A stretch of DNA of 64,000 bases from Candidatus Staskawiczbacteria bacterium. GTDB taxonomy: Bacteria; Patescibacteriota; Minisyncoccia; Minisyncoccales; Staskawiczbacteraceae. The stretch covers positions 8,711 to 72,710 of the forward strand of contig JAPLZC010000009.1 in assembly GCA_026395215.1 (NCBI GenBank), read 5' to 3'. Below the pieces are notes generated by a model. The model ran no database searches, was not told where the DNA came from, and saw only the letters and a program-made list of their open reading frames with translations. The translations under genes were made by a program, and so were the position numbers. Below, in pieces: positions 36,505 to 45,309 of this stretch (within the stretch, counting starts at the first letter, position 1; each line of letters starts with the position of its first letter).

Positions 36505-37638
36505 ATGAAAAGTATGACATACGATGGAGTTGGCGTTGATTACGACGCAATGGATCCATTCAAACGCATGGCGCAACTGGCCGGCAGGGAAACCGCTGGC
36601 GAACTGTCTCGCCACGGATTTTCTGAAGTTGAGTGGAGTCGTGGTGAGAGTTGTTACCTCGTGGAAACGCCATTTGGCTACATCGGTTTTGTCGTTGAAG
36701 GTCTTGGCACCAAAAGCCTGGTCGCCGATGCCTTACTCGAACTGGCTATCAAGATGAAATCGTTCAACGGCACAACCTACTACAACAAAGTGGCGCAGTG
36801 CAACGCTGCGATGGCGTTCAACGATATCATCACGCTTGGGGTGCGTCCGTTTGCCTATGGGCAATATCTTGCTGTAGGAGAATCCAGTTGGTTTGACAAT
36901 GAAGTGCGTTGTCGTGAACTGGTTGAAGGCACAAAGTTTGCTTGCAAACTCGCTCGGTGTTCTTGGGGCGGCGGTGAAACGCCAACCCTCAAGGGCATCG
37001 TTGTTCCTGGCACAGCAGATCTGGCCGGAGCAACCGTCGGATTTGCTCGTAAAGATCAATTGATTAACCCTGCCAATATTAGGCCGGGCGATGCGATTAT
37101 TTTTGTCGAAAGTTCTGGAATTCATGCCAATGGTTTAACCTTGGCAAGACGAATCGCTGACAAGCTTCCGGAGGGATATCTGACAAAACTTTCCGATGGT
37201 CGGACCTACGGCGAAACACTTCTCGACCCTACTGAAATATACGTCGGACTGGTTGCAGACTGTCAGGATAATGGGGTGGATATCCACTACGCAGTCAACA
37301 TCACCGGCCATGGCTGGCGCAAGCTCATGCGGGCTACACAGCCCTTTACCTACGTCATCGAGACGTTGCCCAAACAGCTTCCCATTTTCGACTTCATCCA
37401 AGAGCACGGACCGGTCGACGACAGGGAAGCTTACGGCAATCTCAATATGGGTGCGGGCTTCGCGCTCTACGTTCCGGCAGACGATGTTGCCAAGGTTTTG
37501 GCTATCGCCAACGTCAACATGTCGGCAGACTTCGACAGTGTTTTCCTTGCCGGCTATATCGAGCAAAGCGACACCAAGAAAGTGGTCATCAGGCCAAAGG
37601 GTCTGGAATATCTCGGCTCAACGCTGGGCGTTCGCTGA
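36505..37638 (+). CDS. purM: PurM-family protein (phosphoribosylformylglycinamidine cyclo-ligase / AIR synthase-like)
   Basis: Collinear with PurM: GVGVDYDAMDPFKR, EGLGTKS, AMAFNDIITLGVRP, SWGGGETP, SSGIHANGLTLARR, LLDPTEIYV, NITGHGW, NMGAGFALYV. Confidence 0.75.
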   Translation: MKSMTYDGVGVDYDAMDPFKRMAQLAGRETAGELSRHGFSEVEWSRGESCYLVETPFGYIGFVVEGLGTKSLVADALLELAIKMKSFNGTTYYNKVAQCNAAMAFNDIITLGVRPFAYGQYLAVGESSWFDNEVRCRELVEGTKFACKLARCSWGGGETPTLKGIVVPGTADLAGATVGFARKDQLINPANIRPGDAIIFVESSGIHANGLTLARRIADKLPEGYLTKLSDGRTYGETLLDPTEIYVGLVADCQDNGVDIHYAVNITGHGWRKLMRATQPFTYVIETLPKQLPIFDFIQEHGPVDDREAYGNLNMGAGFALYVPADDVAKVLAIANVNMSADFDSVFLAGYIEQSDTKKVVIRPKGLEYLGSTLGVR

Positions 37639-37663
37639 ACATATTCGATTCGGTCTATATCCC

Positions 37664-37692
37664 GCCACACGGATTTTGTGTGGCTTTTTTTT
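37664..37692 (+). terminator. Intrinsic terminator after purM
   Basis: GCCACAC-ggatttt-GTGTGGC followed by T8. Confidence 0.75.
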
Positions 37693-37792
37693 ACTTGCAT
37701 ATAATTTTTGAAATTGGTAGAATTTAGGATAATACCAAAGGTATACCCTTCGACAAGCTCAGGGTGATTTTCTCGCTGAGCTCGAAAATCAT

Positions 37793-38476
37793 ATGTTAAA
37801 AGAACTTATAGACCAGTTTTATTTGGATAATCAGAGGAATAGGGAACAGACTCGGTTTTATATTACGGATGCGGGGAAGTGTCCGCGGGCGGTTTTTTTT
37901 AAGTTTAAAAATGCGCCAAAGGAGCCAATGGATGCGCGAATTATGCGGATTTTTGAGCACGGGGAAAACATTCACAGGTCTATTTTTAATATTTTATATA
38001 GGTTGCGACTAGGAGTTGTCACCGAGGTTTCTATACCGTCACAGGAGATAATTTCCGGCAGGGCAGACGCCATTTTATGTATGGATAACCAAAACTATGT
38101 GCTGGATATTAAAAGCATGAATAGCATGATTTTTAGGAAGCTTGAGTCGCCTAAGGAAGAAAATATTTTTCAAATCCAGCTTTATCTGCACTACTTTAAT
38201 ATAAAAAAAGGAATATTACTTTACATAGATAAAGATAGGCAGGAAATGAAAGAATTTTTTGTAGATTATGACGAGGCGCTTTGCAAGGGGCTTCTGGACA
38301 AGTTCTACGTCCTGAAAGATCAAGTGGAAAAAAATATTATACCTGCAAGACTGGAAGACTTCCCGCGCAATTGGCAGTGTAATTATTGCCAGTTTAAAGA
38401 TATTTGCAAAATAGCCAATGGAGACACTCTAAACTGGGATGATTTCAAACAAAAAGTATTGACCATAAGTCAATAA
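37793..38476 (+). CDS. Cas4/RecB-like PD-(D/E)XK nuclease with a four-Cys cluster, stand-alone
   Basis: N-terminal Cys (DAGKCPRAVFF), GRADAIL...LDIKS...QLYLHY nuclease core, C-terminal WQCNYCQFKDIC. Confidence 0.65.
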   Translation: MLKELIDQFYLDNQRNREQTRFYITDAGKCPRAVFFKFKNAPKEPMDARIMRIFEHGENIHRSIFNILYRLRLGVVTEVSIPSQEIISGRADAILCMDNQNYVLDIKSMNSMIFRKLESPKEENIFQIQLYLHYFNIKKGILLYIDKDRQEMKEFFVDYDEALCKGLLDKFYVLKDQVEKNIIPARLEDFPRNWQCNYCQFKDICKIANGDTLNWDDFKQKVLTISQ

Positions 38477-38487
38477 TATAGTATATT
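38459..38487 (+). promoter_or_regulatory. Promoter TTGACC-N17-TATATT
   Basis: TTGACC at 38459-38464 and TATATT at 38482-38487. Overlaps the 3' end of the nuclease gene. Confidence 0.45.
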
Positions 38488-38493
38488 ACAGGT

Positions 38494-38718
38494 ACGTATT
38501 TCAGCTCTTTCAATTTCGGCCAGGAGACATGGCTTGGCGGTACTAAGCACCGACACCGATAGTATTGTCATTTGCTATGGCCGTTTGGGAGGGCTTGCTT
38601 TCCCAAAGTGCTTGCTGGGTATCTCATAACGGGCCGGTTACCCCCTTCCCGTTTGACATAACCTTTCTCCTGGCTGGATTCCTTTCGTGGTCCTGTTGCT
38701 TTGGGGCAGGACTTTTTT
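38494..38718 (+). ncRNA. Candidate structured ncRNA, roughly 220 nt, G+C-rich, family unknown
   Basis: No ORF. Promoter upstream. Terminator GTCCTG-loop-CAGGAC plus T6. Closing helix GGCCAGGAGA (38519-38528) with TCTCCTGGCT (38669-38678). Hairpins TTTGGGA/TCCCAAA, AACGGG/CCCGTT and CGGT/ACCG. Confidence 0.4.
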
Positions 38719-39799
38719 ATTGAGTAATTTTTTCTGATCCTAGTAAAGTTTTTCCAGATAAAACGTAGAGTTTGCCTTCTTGTTGGTTGAAAAATATTTT
38801 GTCGGCTGTTTGTGGCAAAGTTACAGAATTAATATTCCCTCGGTAATCTATTTCAGAAGTTATAATTTTGTCCTCGACGGTAAAAATAATATAACTGCTA
38901 TTAAGCCAAATACAGTCGCTTATTTTATTAGAGGATTTATATAAAATAGTTTTTAGCGCAGGAATATTTGGAAGAGGAGATATATAGATATTATTATCGT
39001 TGAAATAAGTTATATTTTTCCCATCGGGGGAGATTTTTGCGTTTTTAACTAAAGTGGAGAAATTATCAAGCTCGTTTGTTTTGCCGTTTAATAGTAATAA
39101 ATTTTGGTTAGCAATTACAAAAGTGTTGTTGTTGTCGGTAATTATTTTGTAAGAGCTGGTTTTTAATATTTTTATTGGGGTTATAGTAATTTTGTCCGGA
39201 GTTGCCGAAAGACTTGAACTATCTGAACTGTAAAGAAATCCGTCTGTGCCCAGCCATATTATATTGTTGTTTTGAGTTGCAAATGCGATTATTTTCTTAA
39301 TTATAGGTGTTGTTTTTTGTGTGGCGGTTAATGTTGAGTTTTCTGGTGCATCAGAGTAATACAAATTACTATTTTTTATTATATATTTGTCTAAAATGTT
39401 AAAAGGCGAAAGTGTTTCATCCGTGACGGCGTTAAATTGAATATCTTTTTTGAAAAGCAAAACATCTTCTAATTTTGTAACTTCTTTTTCCAAAACGGGC
39501 AAAGTTTTGAAATAATCATAATACTCGGATTTTTTTATTGAAACAGTGTGATTATCCGGTAGTAAACTTTGCACAAAAATCCAATTGGAAAACATCCCGG
39601 GTTTTTGCGTGATTTTAGAGTCAATTGTTATCTCATCGGCCGAAGGGTTTGTTCTAATATAAATGCCTCCGGTGGCTACAATTTTATTTTTTTTGAAATC
39701 AAACCTATAGCCCATAGAATAAGGCACCAAAACTGTAGCTCCAATAAAAAAACAGGCAACGCATACAAGCAATATTGTAAGTCGAGTTTTCTTTGTCAT
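38717..39799 (-). CDS. Hypothetical membrane-anchored beta-rich protein (360 aa)
   Basis: N-terminal TM (LTILLVCVACFFIGATVLV). TolB/beta-propeller-like repeats, a weak call. Confidence 0.55.
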   Translation of the reverse strand: MTKKTRLTILLVCVACFFIGATVLVPYSMGYRFDFKKNKIVATGGIYIRTNPSADEITIDSKITQKPGMFSNWIFVQSLLPDNHTVSIKKSEYYDYFKTLPVLEKEVTKLEDVLLFKKDIQFNAVTDETLSPFNILDKYIIKNSNLYYSDAPENSTLTATQKTTPIIKKIIAFATQNNNIIWLGTDGFLYSSDSSSLSATPDKITITPIKILKTSSYKIITDNNNTFVIANQNLLLLNGKTNELDNFSTLVKNAKISPDGKNITYFNDNNIYISPLPNIPALKTILYKSSNKISDCIWLNSSYIIFTVEDKIITSEIDYRGNINSVTLPQTADKIFFNQQEGKLYVLSGKTLLGSEKITQ

Positions 39800-39866
39800 G
39801 ATTATAGTATGTTACCAGTATTATTTGCTTTTTTCAACTTTTTAGATTAAGATAAGTTATAAAATC

Positions 39867-41141
39867 ATGGACAAATTTGTTATTAATGGAGGCAAAAAAT
39901 TACAGGGCACAATAGAAGTAATGGGCTCAAAAAATGCGGCTTTTCCGGTTTTGGTTGCGTCACTTTTAACAAAAGAGCCGTGTATCATAGGCAATATTCC
40001 GCTGGTTGAGGATATTTTGAAAATGATTGATATTTTGCAGAAAATTGGCGCAAACATAGAATGGCTGGAAAAAAATAAAATAAAAATTACCTGTAAGGAC
40101 ATAGATTTATCAAAAATTCCTCAAGATGTTGTAAGTCACTTTAGAGGGTCGGTTTTGCTGTGGGGGCCGTTAATGGCAAGGTTTGATAATTTAAAAACAA
40201 AATCACCCGGAGGATGCATTATTGGAGCACGGCCATTGGACACGCATTTTGACGCATTTTCGCAAATGGGCATAGAAGTTAAACAAAGCGGAAAATTTTA
40301 TAACTTTGTAAAGAAGAATTTAGAGACAGAAAATAAAACTCAAGAGGTTGTTCTGGACGAATTTTCTGTAACCGCAACCGAGAACGTCTTGTTGTTTGCT
40401 TCGGCCCAAAATAAAAAAATAATTTTAAAAATAGCTGACCAAGATTATCAGGAACAGGAGTTGGCAAAAGTTTTACGACAAATGGGCGCTAAAATAAGCT
40501 GTCCTGGTCCGCATATATATGAGATAGAAGGTTCAAACAGCTTGAAAGGCTTTAATTACGAAATTATTCCAGACCCAATTGAGGCAGGTACGTTCATTCT
40601 TTTAGCGCTTGCAACTAAGGGAGAGATTTTAGTCAAGAATATAAACACAGAATATTTGACGTTGTTTTTTAAAAAGATTAAAAATTTTGGAGCCAATATA
40701 GAATTTGTTGATGCAAATTCGGTAAGAGTTTTGTTCTCGCCAAAAATAAGAATAGATAAAATTCAGAGCATGCCTCATCCGGGAATTAGTACAGATTTGC
40801 TTCCGCTGTTTGGAGTTTTAGCAACACAAACAAAAGGTGCCACGCTAATTCACGACCCGTTGTATGAAGGCAGGTTGAAATATCTTGAAGAATTGAATAA
40901 GATGGGAGCAGACATAATTTTTTGCGACCCTCACAGAGCAATTATTAATGGGCCTACACATTTGCGCGGAATTGAAGTGCCAAGTTTAGATTTGCGAGCC
41001 GGAGCCGCCTTAATTATTGCCGGATTAATAGCTCAGGGTACCACCACAATTGACAACGCCTACCAAATTGACCGCGGATATGAGAAGATAGAAGAGCGTT
41101 TGCAGAAACTTGGCGCAGATATTAGACGAATTTCTAATTAA
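39867..41141 (+). CDS. murA: UDP-N-acetylglucosamine 1-carboxyvinyltransferase
   Basis: 424 aa; VMGSKNAAFPVL, GCIIGARPLDTH, ...DRGYEKIEERL. Confidence 0.92.
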   Translation: MDKFVINGGKKLQGTIEVMGSKNAAFPVLVASLLTKEPCIIGNIPLVEDILKMIDILQKIGANIEWLEKNKIKITCKDIDLSKIPQDVVSHFRGSVLLWGPLMARFDNLKTKSPGGCIIGARPLDTHFDAFSQMGIEVKQSGKFYNFVKKNLETENKTQEVVLDEFSVTATENVLLFASAQNKKIILKIADQDYQEQELAKVLRQMGAKISCPGPHIYEIEGSNSLKGFNYEIIPDPIEAGTFILLALATKGEILVKNINTEYLTLFFKKIKNFGANIEFVDANSVRVLFSPKIRIDKIQSMPHPGISTDLLPLFGVLATQTKGATLIHDPLYEGRLKYLEELNKMGADIIFCDPHRAIINGPTHLRGIEVPSLDLRAGAALIIAGLIAQGTTTIDNAYQIDRGYEKIEERLQKLGADIRRISN

Positions 41142-41158
41142 CCTAATTATTCTAATTT

Positions 41159-42166
41159 ATGTTTTCAAATAAAATTGCAATTGATTTGGGGACTTGTAAC
41201 TCACTTGTGTATGTTCAGGGCAAGGGGGTTGTTTTGTATGAACCATCAGTTGTGGCAATTAATTTGGCCGATAACAAAATTTTGGCAGTGGGCGAACATG
41301 CTAAAGAAATGATTGGCAGGACCCCTTCAGATATCAAGGTTTACAGACCGCTTAAAGATGGAGTTATTGCTGACTACAAAGTAACTCAGGCAATGATAAA
41401 ATATTTTATAGATAAGGTCAGCAAAGGGCTGAAATTTTTAAAACCAGAATTGGTAATTTCAGTTCCTGCAGGCATTACCAGCACCGAAAGAAGGGCGGTA
41501 ATTGAGGCTGCTTTGGCAGCTGGGGCAAAGAGCGCTTATGTGGCCAAAGAACCAATTTTGGCTGCCATTGGAGCGGGCATTCCAATTAATTCCTGTTCAG
41601 GACACATGATAATTGATATTGGAGGTGGAACTTCCGAGGTGGCGGTAATTTCTTTGGGAGGAATTGTAACCTGGCATTCAATACGCATTGCTGGAGATAA
41701 AATAGACACAGCTATTGGTGAATATATAAAGAAAAAATATAATTTGGCAATTGGAACTCAGTCAGCCGAAGAAATAAAAATAAAAATTGGAACAGCTCTT
41801 CCACAAAAAGAATTAAAGTTTCTGGAAATTCAGGGTAGAGATTTAATTTTGGGGTTGCCAAGAACTGTTAAAATATCTAACAATGAAGTTTGCGAAGCAA
41901 TATCTGACGTTTTAGCGGAAATAATTGTGGCAGTAAAACACGTTTTGGCCGAAACTCCGCCCGAGCTTTCAGCTGATATTATGAACAAAGGAATTATTAT
42001 GGCTGGTGGCGGAGCTTTGTTGCCAAAAATTAACGAACTGGTTGCCCAAAGTACCGGAGTCCCATGCTTTGTAGCCGAAGAACCTCTTTTTTGCGTAGTA
42101 AAAGGCACCGGAACCGTCCTCGAGAATCTTGAGGAGTACAAAAAAGTCGTAATGTCTAAAAAATAG
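41159..42166 (+). CDS. mreB: Actin-like rod-shape protein MreB, paralog 1
   Basis: IAIDLGTCNSLVY, DIGGGTSEVAVISLGGIV, GIIMAGGGALL. Confidence 0.92.
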   Translation: MFSNKIAIDLGTCNSLVYVQGKGVVLYEPSVVAINLADNKILAVGEHAKEMIGRTPSDIKVYRPLKDGVIADYKVTQAMIKYFIDKVSKGLKFLKPELVISVPAGITSTERRAVIEAALAAGAKSAYVAKEPILAAIGAGIPINSCSGHMIIDIGGGTSEVAVISLGGIVTWHSIRIAGDKIDTAIGEYIKKKYNLAIGTQSAEEIKIKIGTALPQKELKFLEIQGRDLILGLPRTVKISNNEVCEAISDVLAEIIVAVKHVLAETPPELSADIMNKGIIMAGGGALLPKINELVAQSTGVPCFVAEEPLFCVVKGTGTVLENLEEYKKVVMSKK

Positions 42167-42178
42167 AGCAATTAAAAC

Positions 42179-42526
42179 ATGTTTGAAATAAAAATTATAA
42201 AAGATAAATTGCCCAAAGAAGAGCTCGAAGAAATTGCAAAAAACAATTTTGGAGAAATGGTCAAAGCAATGGTGGATATAGATAAGAAAATTTTTGCTGT
42301 GGGCGGAGAGTTGCACGCCGATGCAATGGAGAGGATTGTAGAAGATGGTTCTAATCCAAATAATACTTGGGGAATTAACATTTATCCAAATAAGCCAGAA
42401 ATAGAATGGATTGAGTTCAATTCTTTAATGAATATACGGCCAGGGCAAAATAATTTTTCGCTTGAGGTAGAAAATCCGGAAATTAGAGAAAAAATTAGAA
42501 AAATAATAAAAGATTTAATTGTATGA
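42179..42526 (+). CDS. Hypothetical protein (115 aa)
   Basis: ORF in an operon context. No motif recognised. Confidence 0.5.
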   Translation: MFEIKIIKDKLPKEELEEIAKNNFGEMVKAMVDIDKKIFAVGGELHADAMERIVEDGSNPNNTWGINIYPNKPEIEWIEFNSLMNIRPGQNNFSLEVENPEIREKIRKIIKDLIV

Positions 42527-42813
42527 CAGAAGAAAAATGGCAGAAATTATCTTTTGCTGAACAAATGGGTAATATAGGTAGCGAAGTAGCTCGAGCTTTT
42601 AGTCTAAAGCAGAAAGCAGATAAAGATAATTCGGAAAAGTCGTTTTTTCGGGCGCTCGAATTAATTGATTTGACAATAAAAAATAGAAAACACCATTTGC
42701 TAGAAATTTTTCGTTTGCGGGAAGTATTGTGCGACGCATTTAAACTAAATTCTTTAAAAGTAAAACCGGAAAGTCTTAACAAATATTTTATAAAATTTGC
42801 CTTGTGTGCATAA
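42523..42813 (+). CDS. Hypothetical protein (96 aa)
   Basis: ATGA overlap with the upstream ORF. Confidence 0.5.
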   Translation: MTEEKWQKLSFAEQMGNIGSEVARAFSLKQKADKDNSEKSFFRALELIDLTIKNRKHHLLEIFRLREVLCDAFKLNSLKVKPESLNKYFIKFALCA

Positions 42814-42816
42814 ATA

Positions 42817-43581
42817 ATGTTAATAGGACATAAAAAACAGTGGGAATTTTTGGAGGCAAAACATAAGCTAAATCAGCTGGCGCATGCATATTTGTTTACG
42901 GGGGCGGAGGGGATTGGGAAGAAAACTTTTGCCGAGGAATTTGCCGGATTTATTGGGTGTAAGTTTCCTGATTTGTTGATTATAAAGTCAATTAACAGTA
43001 AATCGTCAATTGAAAACAAAAGGGACAGTTTGGAAATTGATGTGGGACAGGTCAGAGATGCGTTAAATTTTTTAAGCTATAAATCTTATAATGGAGGATA
43101 TAAAGTGGTAATTGTGGACAATGCCGAAAGAATGAATGTTGAGGCGCAAAGTTGTTTTTTAAAAACCTTGGAAGAGCCAAAAGGAAATACAATATTGGTG
43201 ATGGTTTCTTCAAAGCCTGATATGCTTTTATCCACAATATTTTCCCGATGCCAGACAGTAAAATTTTTCAAGCCAAAAGATTTGCCAAAAAATTCGGAGA
43301 AAGTTGAAAGAGACAAAGAAATTCTTGACGTATTATTGCCAGTGCTTAATTCCACGCTTGCCGACAAATTCAAATATGTAAAAGCTATAGACTGGGAGAA
43401 ACAAGAACTGAGTGAAATATTAGAGGTTATGCAAAGATATTATAGAGATATGCTACTTGCAGATTATGGTAATAAAAAAATAATAAATATTTTAAATTTA
43501 ATAGAAGATGTAGGTAGCAAAGCGCTTTTTACAAATATTAATCCAAAATTAGCATTAGAGATATTATTAATGGAAGTATAA
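42817..43581 (+). CDS. holB: DNA polymerase III clamp-loader subunit delta-prime-like
   Basis: AHAYLFTGAEGIGKKTFA, AQSCFLKTLEEP, STIFSRCQ. Confidence 0.8.
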   Translation: MLIGHKKQWEFLEAKHKLNQLAHAYLFTGAEGIGKKTFAEEFAGFIGCKFPDLLIIKSINSKSSIENKRDSLEIDVGQVRDALNFLSYKSYNGGYKVVIVDNAERMNVEAQSCFLKTLEEPKGNTILVMVSSKPDMLLSTIFSRCQTVKFFKPKDLPKNSEKVERDKEILDVLLPVLNSTLADKFKYVKAIDWEKQELSEILEVMQRYYRDMLLADYGNKKIINILNLIEDVGSKALFTNINPKLALEILLMEV

Positions 43582-43586
43582 AAAAT

Positions 43587-44144
43587 ATGGCAACATACAA
43601 AGAATATATAGATAAAGTAAAACCAGAATTTGAAAAGACATTCAAATTTTTAGAAGGTGAGTTAGCAAAAATAAGAACTTCAAGAGCCTCGCCATCATTG
43701 GTGGAGGACATTGAGGTAAATGCTTTCGGCCAGAAATTTCCCTTAAAACAATTGGGCGCTATTTCTACACCATCAAATAATCAAATAGTTATTCAGCCTT
43801 GGGATACTTCATATATAGAGCCAATTGAAAAAGCTATTGGGCAATCTGGGCTGGGAATGTCTTGTGTTGTTGATAAAAATCTTATCAGATTAAATTTGCC
43901 AATGCTTACAGAGGAATATAGGCTGTCTTTGGGTAAGGTTTTAAATGAAAAAGCAGAACAGGCAAAGCAAGTAATGCGCAGGCAAAGAGAAGATACCTGG
44001 AACAAAATTCAGCAAGCCCAGAAGGATAAATTAATTTCTGAAGATGATAAATTCCGCGGGAAAGATGAATTGCAAAAGTTAGTTGATGATTATCAGGAGA
44101 AAATAAAGAGTTTAGTTGAAAAGAAAAAACAGGAATTAATTTAA
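43587..44144 (+). CDS. frr: Ribosome recycling factor
   Basis: 185 aa; LAKIRTSRASPSLVEDIEV, NLPMLTEEYR. Confidence 0.92.
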   Translation: MATYKEYIDKVKPEFEKTFKFLEGELAKIRTSRASPSLVEDIEVNAFGQKFPLKQLGAISTPSNNQIVIQPWDTSYIEPIEKAIGQSGLGMSCVVDKNLIRLNLPMLTEEYRLSLGKVLNEKAEQAKQVMRRQREDTWNKIQQAQKDKLISEDDKFRGKDELQKLVDDYQEKIKSLVEKKKQELI

Positions 44145-44151
44145 AAAAATA

Positions 44152-45297
44152 ATGTTTTCATCAATAATAATCCTCGTAGTTGCGTTTCTGAGTTTAATAG
44201 CCTTAATGGTTATACATGAATTTGGGCATTTTATTATTGCGAAAAAGTTTGGAATTAGAGTTGATGAATTTGGAATAGGATATCCTCCAAGAATTTTTGG
44301 GAAAAAAATTGGTGAAACTATTTATTCTATAAATTGGATACCATTTGGAGCCTTTGTGAGGATTTATGGAGAGGAAGGCCTGCCCGGCCAGGGGGGGTTA
44401 GATAATTACAGAAGTTTTTCAAATTTAAAAATTTGGAAAAGAGTTTTAATTATTATTGGCGGAGTTGTTGCTTTTTGGATAACCGCTATAATTATTTTTT
44501 CAATTGTTTTTGCAATGGGAGCCGATTTGCCGGTGGGTGACCAAGATATGCAAGGATTAACTAATGCTCAAGTAAAAGTCATATCAGTTTCTGCAAATTC
44601 TCCGGCAAGCGTGGCTGGTCTTCAGTCTAGAGATACAATTACAGATATAATAGTTGGCGGAGTAGATACAAAAATAAATAAAGTTGCTGATTTCCAAAAA
44701 ATTACAGCTGACAACAAGGGCAAAGAAATAACATTGTTAATTAAAAGAGATAGTAATGTCCTTAATGTTAGCCTTACGCCAAGAGTTAATCCGCCTGCAG
44801 GAGAGGGTTCAGTAGGAATTGGGTTAGAAAGAATGGCAACCCTAATTAAAAAATCTGCGTGGTATATGGCGCCAGTTGATGGGGCGGTTTATACCTGGCA
44901 AACAACTGTAGACGCATTAAAAGGCTTATACATTACTTTCTCAGGACTGTTGGGTGGTAAAGGGACTCCAGAAGGCGCTTCATTTGCTGGGCCATTAGGA
45001 ATTACAGTATTTTTGGCCAATGCAGCAAGCTTTGGCGCCGGATTCTTTTTATATTTTATAGGAATGATTTCTGTTTTTATTGCTATATTTAATTTATTCC
45101 CAATTCCGGCGTTAGATGGAGGGAAATTAGTATTTTTGTTAATTGAAAAAATAAAAGGCAAACCGGTTTCTGTAAAAGTAGAGCAGTGGATTACCTTGGT
45201 ATGTTTTACCATATTAATTTTGTTATCACTTTTTATTACCATAAAGTTTGATATCCCAAGATTTACAGATTTTCTAAAATCATCATTATTAAAGTAA
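44152..45297 (+). CDS. rseP: RseP-type site-2 protease (M50 with PDZ domain)
   Basis: HEFGHF, PDZ-like SPASVAGLQSRDTI, NLFPIPALDGG. Confidence 0.88.
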   Translation: MFSSIIILVVAFLSLIALMVIHEFGHFIIAKKFGIRVDEFGIGYPPRIFGKKIGETIYSINWIPFGAFVRIYGEEGLPGQGGLDNYRSFSNLKIWKRVLIIIGGVVAFWITAIIIFSIVFAMGADLPVGDQDMQGLTNAQVKVISVSANSPASVAGLQSRDTITDIIVGGVDTKINKVADFQKITADNKGKEITLLIKRDSNVLNVSLTPRVNPPAGEGSVGIGLERMATLIKKSAWYMAPVDGAVYTWQTTVDALKGLYITFSGLLGGKGTPEGASFAGPLGITVFLANAASFGAGFFLYFIGMISVFIAIFNLFPIPALDGGKLVFLLIEKIKGKPVSVKVEQWITLVCFTILILLSLFITIKFDIPRFTDFLKSSLLK

Positions 45298-45309
45298 AAT
45301 AATAAAAAT

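Noticed and set aside
38494-38718. Assigning the G+C-rich ncRNA candidate to SRP RNA, RNase P RNA, tmRNA or 6S RNA
   Set aside because: On either strand I could not find the helix-8 GGAA/AGCA motif, GAGGAAAGTCC, or a tRNA-like 3' end with a tag ORF. The fold is multi-branched rather than a single rod. The family is left as unknown.
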